From Balanoglossus misakiensis (taxonomy: Eukaryota > Animalia > Hemichordata), in assembly GCA_040954595.2 (NCBI GenBank), contig CM082583.2, positions 10,863,656-10,927,655 on the forward strand: DNA of 64,000 nt. The letters are read 5' to 3'. Below, in pieces: positions 48,876 through 62,826 of this stretch (the stretch's first letter is position 1; the number at the start of each line of letters is the position of its first letter). The translations under genes and the position numbers were made by a program. A model generated the notes under the pieces. The model saw only the letters and a program-made list of their open reading frames with translations. It was not told the origin of the DNA and did not search any database.

Positions 48876-51020
48876 TTACATGAAGTAACGATCTTCGGTT
48901 TCCGTCGCTCTGTCTTCGGACGATGACGGGAAGACTTCGTCTCCGAAAGGGAAATTATCGTGACTGACTACTTCGGTGTTTGTTTCTGCATTCTTTGTTT
49001 TCAAAATGCTAAGCTTTTTCTGGACTTTCAACTGAGCTATGTCAGGAGTTCCGTTCTCTAAGTACATGGCCGCGGCAGGCATAGTTTTGCCATCAATAGT
49101 GAGGACGTCTTCGTCACCGTCGTCGTCGTACTTGTCACCGTAGTCGCAAGCTGGGCAGTAGCCGCGCCCGTAAGTGACCCGAAAGAGGAGAACAGCAACG
49201 GAGACTTCTAACGTCATGACGGGTCCATACAGACTGGAGATGACTTGCATGGCGGCTCGTTGGAGGCCACTGGGAAAAGAAGAGTTGATGACGGCCAGGG
49301 CAAGCGCCACGTTCTGTCCCGCCGTCTCGATGGAAATCGTCCGCCTCTCGGAACAAGGAAGACGGATAACACTGGCGCCTATGAAACCGATCGATCCAGC
49401 GAGAAGTGGCAGGAAGACAATGAGTAACCACGCATCCCAGTCAAGTTCGGTGAAGACTGCCGGATTGATGTACGTGCGAAGCCCAATGCCAGTGAGAATA
49501 CCCAGCACTCCTACAAGTGAACACACCTAGTAATAAGAGATAAGAATGATGAGCGAATATGGAAAAAATCGATCTCTATGGCCTTTCTTAATAGCAGGAT
49601 TCGATTCCATATTCTCTGGGAATTAATTCACCGACACGCATGGATAAAATTCACCGAGTCGTGATGGAATTTCTGACGTTTTCTCCAAGCTGTGGTGATG
49701 GTTCTTGAGCAGCCGAGGAAATATTCAGCCAACAAAAGCAGGTCAGCCTGAGCACCCATTGTTATGCCACATTTTTGAAGAAAAAAAATCATACTAGTTT
49801 TTCTTTGGCAAAAACAGCATGTTTTTCGTCTATTTTCACCAATCGGACGAAAATATACTTCGATTACAACCGTACATGTACATCTTATTCCTTGCGTGTT
49901 TGTTTGTTGAAGGCTAACTCTAACGCATCAATGATAGCGAAGGCGACCACTTTCACCTTAGTGATTCCTTTGATATGTCTTGGCAATTTGTATTTCAGAA
50001 ACAATCCTACACCGGCCGGTACAAGCACCAGAATCAAAGAGACGATTACGGTCAGATACGGAATGGTCACCTGTGCTGAATTGGACCAACCACGACCATA
50101 GAGAAACAATGCCAGCGGCATGGCGCCTATAGCAAGCACAGTGGAGCACGTCGTCACACAGATGCTGAAACGGATAAGAATAACATCAAACTTGGTGGAT
50201 ATATAAAAAAAACAATTATGTTTACAAGGTGTGTTTATCATCTGCTCCATTTTAAAAATCAGGTCTGAGAGACAAAATCTGTATCCCTCATTTCGACTCA
50301 GGTAATTGTTACTGGGTTTTACTAGTGGTAATCTGCACGTGTTTGTTATTTTTCATTGTGCCAACGATTTATCATTATGATATCCACGGTCACTTTTTGG
50401 GGTGACCTAGGGTTATCATATGGGTCAGACCCACAGACTACAAGAGCTCTTCAGTTTCTAAATATATCTCCCGGTTGGAAACTGGCTGATAACAATCTCC
50501 TTGGGTATCTACAATCGTGAGATCTATCTCGCTGATAATTCGATTAATGTCAGTGTGCCCTCTGTTGAAAAGAATGAGTAACCAAGAGGTTGGACGAGAT
50601 TACAGCATAATTTGTTGATTGGCCCTACCACCATACGGAAAGTACATGTACATACCTTAGCGACACGTTTCCCTTGGCGTAATACGTAAACACGTTCGAC
50701 ATGCTACCACCTGGTGAACTACACTGTATAATGAGACCGATAGCGAATTCAGGGCGAAGATCTGTCGCGTGCGCCAAGCCAAAGGCTACCAGCGGCATGA
50801 TGACGAATTGTGACAACCAGCAGATCAAAATACCCCACGGTCGGCGAAAACTTCGCTTGATCTCGCCTACTTCAGTGGCACCACCCATCCCTAGCATTAC
50901 TAGCACAATGACAAGGTAGTTGATGATTTGGTCGGCGAGAAATAGCTTTTCAATTAGCGGTGACGTTGCTTCTTCATCTGTGCTGTTTGTGAAGTTCACT
51001 CCCGCCGTCGTCATCGACAT
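48876..51020 (-). CDS. SLC10 sodium/bile acid cotransporter, copy C, 3 exons, 407 aa
   Basis: Exons 51020-50656, 50164-49957 and 49526-48876 (1224 nt). Motifs QFVIMP, CSSPGGSMSN, ISIETAGQNVALA. Confidence 0.94.
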
Positions 51021-52758
51021 TTTGTCAAAGATTTGAAATTGATCCACCGGTTTGTTCCCGAATGCAAAAAATGCTCGACGAAGGGTAGTACCTTGCACCA
51101 AAATGGCACTTGTACCTTATGTACGGGGAGTTTTGAATTAAATCATAATTTTGCAAACACATAATTCAACATTAATAATGACAGAACGCAATTATTATTA
51201 ATGGTAACAAACACCTGGTTTGGTTTGCATCTACAACCATTTTCAATTTTAGACACCAAACCACTGATACGAGTCGTGGTTGTGATCAGTGCCGTGGTGA
51301 CCCAGCGTTGAAATGGTTGTAGACGCTGTCACGATAAAAGAGAAATGGTTCTCGCTGTCTTTAACGTGCGATCGATTTACGAGTTTCTGAACCCATACGT
51401 GCAAAGGCTTTTTAATTTTAAACACGATCACCTCTCTGCCAATAAAAGGCGGGTCAGGATAAAGTCTCTGAGAGGCGAAAAACTTATTGCTCAGTTTGCA
51501 ATACGCATAGAGAATGGTTTCTATAGACATCAAATTACCTGCTTGTAACTTGTGTCTGTCAATATTGTATTTTTACGAACGTTTTACATTTTAGAGCTAA
51601 TCTCCCTTGACCTCCCTTGACTGTGCAGACTAGGTCAAGATACGCTACGAAGGTTAATTTCCGGAATTCCTTTCTGGTTTCAACTTAATACGCCAATACA
51701 AATACATATATCCTTAACAACGCAAGAACACTATTCTTGTTTCCACACATGGCGTAGATAAAAGCGATATGTTTATTTCAGTATAAATGACTTCCTTGAA
51801 AGATAAAAAAAACTTTGCATTTAAATGTATGCATTGTGTATTATAAAAAGTAGAAAAACTAAGTCTTAATAAAAGATAAAGACGACACAATGTTTTGTAC
51901 ATTAACAGGTAGAAATGTAATAGCTTAATCAGAGTCAGCGGTGTTGTTTTCATATCTGTTGCACGCAATACCGTCATAGGCGTTCATAAAGGTATTTCAT
52001 GCCCTTCTGAAAGATCTTCGCGTGCTGGTTTCTTGACTGAGGCCTCGCAACTTGTCACGTTTTTTGGCGCGATTCACACGTTTCGAAAGTTACAAGTCCG
52101 GGGGTCAATGTACAGCGCCTCGGAATATGCTTCCGACAAAGAGAACACATTATTCACGCACCTGTTGTACATTTGTTTGCAGAGTGGATGGACGATGAGC
52201 TGGCCAATCAAGGACAACCTAGCGAGACCGGTGGCACGCTATCCGAACAATGGAATGAAATACTGGACCATCCCTCAGTGGAGATGTGTAGCTATGGGAG
52301 GTCCGCGGGAATATGACATTACCGGCAGTGTCTGAATATTAACCAGAACTGGTGTGTCAACTAAATAATTAATTATCATCCGTGCATTTTTTACAAAATA
52401 CAAGAATCATGCAGTGTACACAAAGCCAACAGAATATAACATAATGAGTTCGCCTCTGCGACTCACTGGAGGAAACAAAATAATAACATATATGTCCCAT
52501 ACAAGTGCCGCTTGAGAAAATTCCATCTAAACTGCACTTTTGGTAAAATGTGTAAAACATTACTAGTACATGTACGTCTGGTGGGTTATATTCAATTAAA
52601 ATTTACGATATTGTTGTACTGGTTGTCCATATCAAAGTGGTTACATGACTTTCTTTATTTCGGACACAAGAGAGACTAAGATGCGTACCCATGAAGGGAA
52701 CGTATACAACGATTGAGCAGCGGGCGCAATCTTAATTTCTCTGGTGTTTCATTTTCTC

Positions 52759-54297
52759 TTACGCGAAGTAATATTCTTCGGTGTTCGTTCCCTTGTCCTT
52801 GCAGCCGTTGTCGTCTTCGTCATCTTCAAAGCCGTAATTAGTGTACTCCGAGTCTGTGTTGGTGCCACAGTCTCGTGTTTTGGTGATATCGTTCGTGGTG
52901 TTCATTGGTATGGCTTCTGTGGTGCCGTTTCCAACCGACAAGGGAAGCGACCCCTTGGCGTCTTCAGCGGGGACAACTTTACGGTCGTCGTCTTGCGCGT
53001 CGATGTTCAAGATGATTTCGTCGTCTTTGTCCAAGTCGCCGTAATCACACGCGTTGCAGTAGCCCCGGTTGTAGAACAGCCGGAATATCACGATCCCGAT
53101 GAGAATTTCCATCCCCAGGACGGGACCGTACAGGCTTGGAATAACTTGCATGGCAGCTCGTTGGTTGCCAGACGGAAATGACGAATTGATGACGGTGAGC
53201 GACAGAGCGACGTTCTGACAGGCTGTCTCGATGGAGATGGTTCGTCTGCTGGAGCAGGGCAGGCGAATCACGCTAGAGCTTACAAAACCGATGGTTCCGG
53301 CCAGCACGGGTAGAGAGAGTACAATCAGCCATATGGTCCAGTCCATATTAGTAAAGACAGATGGATTGATGTATGCACGGATTCCAACTCCAGCCAGAAG
53401 ACCAATTAAGCCAATTAATGCACTCACCTACAGACAAAATATATCAAACATTTTATTGTTTTATTCTCTGTTATGATAGATGATGTCATCATCATCATCA
53501 TCATCACCACCACCATCACTCAAACCAATGAAAGCGATGAAATAGCTTACCTGGGTGATTCTGTTGATATATTTTGGCAGTTTGTATTTCAAGAACAATC
53601 CAATAGCGGCTGGCACAAGCACCAGTGCCAAAGATACAATCACAGTTAGATACGGAATGGCAACTTTACCCGAGTCTGACCAACTACGACCGTAGAGAAA
53701 TAAGCAGAGGGGCATAGCTCCTATCGCTAGTATCGTTGAACAAGTAGTCAAACAGATGCTAAAATAGAAAAAAAATAGATGCTGTTAAACGTTTTGACAA
53801 AAAATGCACATTTTTTTTAATTGATGTGTCAGCAAATAACAATTCAGGCCAGTGTTACATCATGCAAAACGCATCATTCCTATACGCATATTGATTACCA
53901 CGTACCTGAGTGACACATTTCCCTTGGCATAGTACGCGAACACATTAGACATGCTGCCCCCGGGGGAACTGCACTGTATAATGAGACCGATAGCGAACTC
54001 GGGGCGAAGATCGATGGCATGCGCCAAGCCAAAGGCCACAAGCGGCATGATGACGAACTGTGTGAACCAGCAGATCAAAATACCCCAGGGTCGGCGAAAA
54101 CTCCGCTTAATCTCGCCTACTTCAGTGGCACCACCCATCCCTAACATGATCAAGACGATGACCATATAGGTGATGATTTGATCGGCGAGAAACAATCGTT
54201 TGACGAGCGGAGACATTGGAGTCACCGCGCTCGTCGCGTTCGTGGTGTTCGTGATGTTGGAAATGGTCGCAATCATAGTTTCGTTTGTCGACGCCAT
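52759..54297 (-). CDS. SLC10 sodium/bile acid cotransporter, copy D, 3 exons, 422 aa
   Basis: Exons 54297-53906, 53758-53551 and 53427-52759 (1269 nt). Motifs QFVIMP, CSSPGGSMSN, ISIETACQNVALS; multiple N-terminal sequons. Confidence 0.94.
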
Positions 54298-54848
54298 CTT
54301 CAGTGTCTGTGGAGTGAAATAAAATACCAGTAAATCTGAGAAGTCCTTTCCAATCCACACTCGAATCTTTTGGTATGAGTCTCAATTTTCACCGAACAAT
54401 TGTTCCTTTTATGCTCATTTTTTCAAAAACAAAACTTTGTAAACATTCTTGTATTTAATCCGTAATTAATTATTTGATAATAACGCAATTTTCCGTCATC
54501 TTCAATTGCGTCCTGTTTTGATCAATAAGACGACAATGGTCGTGTTATATTTTGAAAACAAGGCTCTGATGTCATCAACTATGAGCAAAGAGCGGGGAGT
54601 AAACTTTGACTGAGTTTCGATCGAGTGTCGGCAAAACATTCAGTGCTGAAGAGCGTTGACCTGTCAAGGCAGTCAACCTGTGAAATGGGTCACGTGACCA
54701 CCATCATACCTGGCCGTATGTTTGGTATCTTTGTGCCGCGATCTCACTGAAGTAATAACACATAACATGGCGGACGTCAGTTTCAGCAAGAGATGCTGAA
54801 CATGGAAAATGTCAGCGATCATAAATACCCAATGAGTAGTGCGTGTGT

Positions 54849-54950
54849 CAGAGAGAGATGGGGAGGGAGGGAGAGAGGGAGGGAGGGAGAGAGAGGGGAG
54901 AGAGATAGGGGGATAGAGAGGGTGGAGAGGGAGGGAGAGAGAGAGAGAGA
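54849..54950. repeat. Polypurine (GA/GGGA)-rich simple repeat upstream of SLC10 copy D
   Basis: agagagagatggggagggagggagagagggagggagggagagagagggg...gagagagagagaga. Confidence 0.9.
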
Positions 54951-57900
54951 CGCTATCTGTGTCCTGGATCTAGTGCATGTATGCCTGACAGGCGAGGTCA
55001 AACATGCTATGTAGAATTGTAGGTGCTATAAATTCTATTTTAAATTACTGTTCGCACTTATGCAAAGTTGGTATATAGGCAAATGTAATGTCGCCTTATT
55101 CAATCGCATACGCCCGAGACTGTAAAATTTTGCATCCTTTGACGCTGCCCCTGCCAATTAATTCTTGCTGTCTGTATCTTTGTACGGATAATTTTCCGTT
55201 TCACTCGTTTCAAATTCAGGACAAGAGTCATCAGCAGCTTTGATTCCGACAGGTGAAGCATGGGTCAGTCACCCCAACTTGTAGTGAAAAGACGTCGTTA
55301 CTGGCCATGTCTATCTGTCTCTGCCTTGCAACTCATTATCGATTGTTTTATTTAAAGGGTATTTAGACTGAACTGACAGGTGCGGAATGTTACTATTTCC
55401 GACAAAGTGCGCCGAACAATGACATCAAAAACGAAGCCACCTACATTGTAAACTGCCAGTCTCCTTGCCCTTTTCTGTTAAACTGTATTTAGAACTTGTC
55501 CTTTTTACTTATTTCCGCGTGAAATATCATTATTTTTCACCCACTTTAGAAATTCAAATCACCACTGATTACTGGGAAATATTGTATGTGTATTGTGCAT
55601 TCTTTTTGAATGTTTTGTTGTCCACTCAACAATGCCACTGTTTGTGTGTGTGTGTTCTTTTAAAACGAAACACTATTACACCAGATGCATTTGTTTTCTC
55701 ATACCTTAAGAGAATGAGCGGTCTAATACCGAAAATATGTCTTCATGACGTCAGAAGGTCATTTATTTGTTTGACCAGTTCGGTAACGAGCTCAGGTGGA
55801 CACTGCATAATGTTTACACTCAACTCTGGTCTCGTCGCTGCCTTTCACCAGCGCTATCGGTACTGTATTGCATACGTCATAATTTTGGCAATATCAGCGA
55901 TACAAGAAAATATTTCCTAGATATCTTGGTATTTAGGAAAAGTACATGTACACTGAGGATCAGTATGCAACATATGTGGAGCAGTGATATTGCCAAAATC
56001 TATATAACCGAACTTCCTCATGTATATATAGACACATATTCGGCACTACTGTGCTATGGTGATAAAAATTCGTCCGAGGCAAAACACAAAAAGTCAATTC
56101 AAGCAAGCTAAAGAGAGTTCAGGACGGTTCGTGGGTCATATTTCGGAAAATCTGTCAAGAAAGCTGGCGTTTTCGAGGAGTAAACGTACCTAATAAATAA
56201 CGAGCGGCTGTTTGAAGCTGTTGAAGAGAAGAAAGTGTGAATGTTTTAGTGATAAAAGTGTTGTGTTTAGCTAACGTCACAGATATCGATATACTTTTGT
56301 TGATATGTATCAAGACTTGCCCTTTTGTAAATTCTGATCAAATCAAGGGTTGCAAGGCGATGAGGTCGCCAGTTGTCGCGACTTCGCGACAAATACTGAC
56401 ATGACTGAAGACCCTCATATCAGACTGTTTCAGTTAGACCAGGTCTCAATAAAATGCAGTCGTTTTTGGCAAGTCCGTTGTGGTTTCAAGCCGTGGATTT
56501 CCGACGTATTCGACACCGCAGTAATTAAAATATCCTTTCCGTGTGTGAGTAGGGTCTCACCGGTGCCGCGTGACTCACTATCGCCCTAGACAACCGTTTT
56601 TGTAATGTTTGATTGGTCAAATCAAGAGCAGGTATCGTCGGCATCTTGCCGTTTGGGGATTGGATGTAGGATGATAGGACGGGGGTGTTGCCAGAGCATA
56701 CGGTTGTAGTGCCGTCCCCCGGTAGAGGGACTGTGCTGGCTGACTGTATTGTACTAACTGTATTTGCGTCAAGCTATTTTGGTCACCACTTGAGCGAAAC
56801 GAATTTACAGTCTCTCAAGACAAGAAAGTTATTTACAGTGGAAAGTTAAGCGCTGTTGACAATACCTATAAACAAATGTCAATCTGGTAATATATTTTAC
56901 GAGGACCGCGCAAGGTACGCGACATTCCGCGGTTGTACACTTTCTGCAAAACTTTAATATTGCGAAGGTTAATTCATTTCGACATTTCATGCGGAAACAA
57001 CAAATCGTTTGGCACGTTTTCAACTCAGAGGCAGAGACATATCCTCCATTCGCCGTGTTTAGACTCAGACTTCATCACCTGTTTGGTAGTTGACTAAAAG
57101 AAGGACATTTCGATAATCTGCTTCAGGTGGGCGCTTCAATAGCCAACTGGTGGAATATCAGAATTTCAACGTGACCCAGGAAAAGTTTCCGTTTATGGGA
57201 TCTCAGTAAGTTGACTGACATTTTCTCGTGCAAAAATACCGATTGGAGATGGTAATTTTGGCAATGATATTTCCAAAAAAGGGAATCGCAGGATTGTGAT
57301 GAAAGTACCACTTTGATTAAAGAGGTCTGTAAAACCTGATTCCCGGCCCGCCTCTGTACTCGACCTGGTATCCCAATTAAACTTTTACACTTTAATGTCA
57401 CGAATCACGACAGAAAGTTGAAAATACCAGAGAATCCAGAGACGATATGGTTTGTTGTTGCTTCAGGAGAAAGCCCTGACCCCTGTTAGCAGAATGTAGT
57501 TTGAAATATACACTAGGCGATTAACGCCCAGATCGGACTGTGTCGCGATTTCTTCGAACAGCTGTGCCTGTGGCCATAATTACCGGTGTGGGTGTGAATT
57601 TTGACTAATTGATCGACACAAACCTACAAAAGAGATTGAGGAAATAAACAGGTGGTGCAGAAGGAACTGTTATTTATTCACTGTTTAATTATGCACGCCG
57701 TATTGTCAAATGCCAACCCAGGTGCAGACACGGTCACGCAGACACGGTCACCCCACCAAGAACGTATGCCGTCGTATTTTACTTGCGAATAACGCCGCCG
57801 ACGACAGAACATAGCGAAGTCGTATGACTCTGTCAGTAGTATTAAATTTTTGTCGAGAGCGCAAGGACATTTTCTATTATTCCATTTGTGTGGGAACGCA

Positions 57901-60900
57901 ATAAGCGAAAAACAAAAAGAAGAAAACGAACATAATAACACACCCTGATCTGAAGATAAACATATTGAATTCGAACTTATCAGTATTTATAAACTGCAAT
58001 AACTGAGACTACTATCAGATTGACTGTAATTAGTTGTTCCTAGTGGTCAATATTTTTAAATGTGAGGACAGAATCAGATGATACTTTGATTCGTGTTTTT
58101 AAATATGCCATTCTTCCTGGCAGTGTTATCAGCTTTAATATACGCAGCGCTTTATTGCAAACAAATATATGAGGACAACCTTTGGTTGCGACGGCACACT
58201 CGTACACAATAACACAACTGTCCCTGCTGTGTCTGACACGAAGCGGCACGATCGTTTGGGGGCGCTGTAAAGGACTCGTCACGTTTCGAGTACCGAGTAG
58301 ACGACTACTGGTATAACTGTCTGAAGTAATACAGAGATGAATGTAATCAACAGATGTAGTCAGTACGACCCTGGAGACTTAAATTATGTGACCGATCCGA
58401 AAACAATCAAGTGTAACGCAAATATTGCATTAATAGTTAATGGTGTGAAATTAACACGTCTGAAAGTTCAATATATCCAGGCGCCTTAAGGTGATTCGTT
58501 TAAGTTCGTACGATTACTTCAGAATGCTTTTAGAGACCGCCTAGTTAAGGTTATGTACACGCATATGGTTTTTATTGTGACTGAAACAGGAGCTGGAGCT
58601 TAATAGGTTTGGCATCACGAATAATCAGTGATGCAATGCTCAAGGCAAGGCTGAGAATTCCATATATGAATGACTGCACAAACCACAAAGACATGAATAT
58701 GCTTCGATAATAATTTTGTACTGAGTTTGCTGCTGCTGTTGTCAGCGGCTACGGCATCGCCAAACCGCGATCGTCTGCAACTTCCATTCATGTTGATTGA
58801 CGTATACCATCAGTGATACATGTAGAAAGCTTCAACGCCAGCAAACACATTAACACAATCAAGAAACCAGACACAACCGTTAACGTAAGCGAGCACACGA
58901 AGAATAATTTTTCATGAACTAATGGCAGAATTTATCATACAGATGTTCGTAACACTGAAAGTCTGTTGAAATTTGTAAAGTCTTTTCCGACTTGGATTTC
59001 ATTGAAGGAAAATAGAGCGGACTATAGGCATAAGTGTGATTGTTTTTGACAAGTTCATTTGTTTCTAAAACAGTTTTAAAGCAACAGGTGACATTCTTCA
59101 AGTGTTAATTTCTGGGGGGAAATTAGACCATTTTCCAACGAAACGAAATGATAATGATATCTTTCCGTCGATGTGTACATTACCTGAAATTGTTCGCATA
59201 AAAATCAGTGGTACTTGATGGTGACTGAGGTGAATCGGCGGCTTGCGTCGTAACTTGCAGATCTCGGCTCTGAGAGGGACCGCTGCCAAATGCCCAATTT
59301 TATCGAAATCTGCCGACTAGACCAAACAAGCCAAGCAGTACTTTCACCTGCCCTGAGCGAAATCGATCGGGTCACTCCCCTCATATCAGAAAATCACGGG
59401 CTTGTTTTTTTCAGGCAAAGGGGGACCTCTATAACCCCTGAGAACCACCCCCTGGATTGTTGTTCTTTAGCAATGCAGGAAGTAAGCAACTGGAAGCGGC
59501 TCACTTCCCGGCCCCACCGACAAATAGACATACATATCAGGGTGACCCACTATGGCGGGTGATGGTGACATCGAACTGATGTGGAAATCTCGACAAACAG
59601 GACTATTGCGGGATGATGACTAGCATCATCGCAACGAAATAATGCCATCAGATTTAGTATTCTAAACTAAAAGGTCGTAATAATTATTTTGCAGTATGGA
59701 TCGCCGGCCAATCAGGCGAATAATCCAGATTGAGCTTGTTAATCGAAGTGAAATTTTAGCCAAATTGGTTTTGTTTGTTTGCTCGTTTGTTTGCCTTCAC
59801 ATCATTTTCATCACCGACTTTGAATTTTGACTTTAAGGCGTCAGTTCGCCATGTTTTTGCCACTGTGAAGAGTTATGTAAAACAAGTAGAAGATCTAATT
59901 ATTGCGTGAACGGACGAGGTTCAATAATATATACTGATTTTCCAACCCCCTGCTGTTGAGAAAATGTTCAAATCCGAGAAGCAAATACTTAAAAAGGTGT
60001 AATAACTTCTCTCCCCGCGGATCTGGTCGGCTGGACGCGCAAAGGCGATTGGGGTCGCCATCATACGATGAGGTCAATCCAGTATGTTCAGGTATGCAGT
60101 TCTGAATGTATGCCACTTTCTTCCAGGGGGAAGTATTTTCCATTGTGCAAAAGGGGAAGGACAGTATAACAACCAAATATGCAGTCTGTACCTTGAAGAC
60201 TCGAAACGTGTACCCTTGCTTCGATACGAATGATTAAAAAGGACATCTCAAGAAATTTTGCTTAACAAATTAATGCTAATTGACGTTAATGGTTATTTTC
60301 CCAGTTTCACGTCACATTGCGTTTCCCTGGAGTTAGAGTCATTAGCTGAGCATACTCTCGCGAGAATCTCGAATTAAAATCGAGAATCCAATGGTAACCT
60401 TTCACCTGCAAAACTGTGTATATTAGCCTCGTATATATATTGGCTAAAGCGTTTGTGTACAGGACATACAATACACATAACACTGCACTCTTAAAACCAC
60501 TCAACGTATGTTTACAAATTTTTACTTCGCAGAAGAATGTAATAGAGATGTTCATTCTCGCACACACTCGCAGTCGAACAAATTTAAAGTCGGATTGAGC
60601 AAGTGCCTGCTGATAAAATTATCTGATAAAATCGACAAATGTGGCAAGAAAAGTCTACAACCAAGAGTTCGCATGAATTCTGGAAGAATTGAGGAATGAA
60701 ACTTGACATGATGGAACGACTCTTTGTTGCCAGGGGAGACCAACGCGGATATCAGAATTCGCGACCTAGGTTAGCTATTGACATGTAAATTTAAAAAGTA
60801 AATATAAATAAACGTTCTATTTTAAGACACTTACTTCTTTAACCCCTTTCTAAGTTTTTGATTGAAATATGTTAGTTTATTCGTATAAATTTTAACTTTA

Positions 60901-62826
60901 TTGCCTCTATGGTTAGGCTTCGTTTTGAAATCCAATGTTTATTATAGATATAATTAATGAAATTTTCAAAAACACCCAATAAGTGGATAAAAGAGCCCTG
61001 ACTTTCGGAAATAAATCCCAGCTGCATAAAATGTAATAATTGTCGTTTTGTCACATTATTTGGCGCTATCATCGAGTCTCTCTCGTTTCTGAGAACACAA
61101 CGTGACATGAGATCAAAGAAATATTAAACAGTAATCTACTCACAAAACAGGTCGATCTGTTCTTCCCTTTCGTCCGTGCAGTCTTTACCTGGCGAATGTC
61201 ACGATGAGATTAAAAAAACGACCGAAAGCGAAAGTTTGTAAATATTGACCCTGAAGTATAAACAATTGCTTCACCAATAGGCTTTTAATACTGTAACTAC
61301 ACTCGGGGCTTTATTTTCGTAGTGTGACTAAAACATTACCTTAATTTGACAAAACATTGAAGTCCTTATCATTCATGGTCTTTTTCGCAAGTTCACATAT
61401 CAAGGATGTTTTTATTATCACATCTCTAAATTAGAGACGTGATAATGTACAGATATATCATGGTCCGGAGTCCGTGCGATTGACATACGACATGAGAACG
61501 CTTTGCATTGGGGAACAAAGGGATCAGGCCTGCAGCTGTAATCCTTCGCCAAACACCTGACGTCACATCACACTTTCTGGCACAGGTGGCCAAATCATGG
61601 CCAAATGCCTTTGAATATGCACCACTCAAGCCGGTCCAATGATTGATCAGGAATGGTTTGCAATGTATATACATGTACCGCGTTACTAAGACAAAAACTG
61701 TTCATATTTTATATTTCAGTGTAAGTTGTTCTTAGATTTGGCAACCAAACAAGGCCATATCACACAAATCGTTTGAAGAAACAAATCATGTTATCACATA
61801 CCAGCTTGATAATTCGAGCATATATCAACTAAAAGTTCTCGAGTATCTGTGACTTCGTAAGTATATTTGTCAAGCAATGCAGTTCTCACTTCTACATGGG
61901 CGTAACCTTAATGATAGCAATAAGGCTATTCGCTTTCGGTTGGTGCCTCCCACCTCAGTTGAAATATTAAAGTTTAAACGCACACACGCCCCACACACGA
62001 TACTTGTTTCTCGCAAAATAGCAGTGGGATGACACCCATTCAATAGAAGAGCATAACACTGACGTACAATTGACTTACGTTGTCATAATATTTGAGGCGT
62101 GGTCACATTTACAACGGGATCTGCTACGTACATGTTGCTTACTCAAAATGATTGAGAGCAGTTTTCGGTACAGTAATTAATATTTGTACATCCTCCACCC
62201 TCAATAAACTGGCCCAGGGCCGGGCCGCAATAAAATTACAAAACGCGATAACATATGCCTGTTACATTGAATGTAAATGTATTCATATTTGTCGAGTTGA
62301 CTCAGTAAATTTGCGAAATTCGGATACATCTGTCATCACTGTTTAAGAACGATGTTTTATGACCATCCAAAACAAGTCTTCAAGACGTTGTCGAGTGAGC
62401 ATTCACAGAAGAAAGGACGAGTCTGCAATAGACACGGATATAGGTAAGTCTGCGGCCGATAAACCCACCATGGCATCTGGTTTTAAATGTCTTCATTCGA
62501 TTGGCATTATTGGCACAATGAAAATGACAGCATCTTTCACCTTATAGGTCGCACTGTGCAACTTTCATTCTGTTTTTTTAAACAAAAGTCTCTCGTCTTT
62601 ACCAACACCGAAAGTTATCACTCCGAGAATCTGTAAAGTTTTCTTTGAGAAAAAAAAACTTTTCAAGCTTAGAGAAGTTCTCTTTATTTGATAATCTAGC
62701 GAACCCAAATGAAAACTGAGATCAGGGTATGTTTGCGATAGTATATGTCTTGCCTCCATGATAGTAAAGTACTCTAACGACTGTTATCTTGTTACAACTT
62801 GTGAAATAATAGGTTTATGATTAAAA

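Noticed and set aside
54400-62800. Short ORFs in the 8.4-kb region between SLC10 D and E
   Set aside because: No recognisable domains, consistent exon chain or transposase/RT motifs; treated as non-coding.
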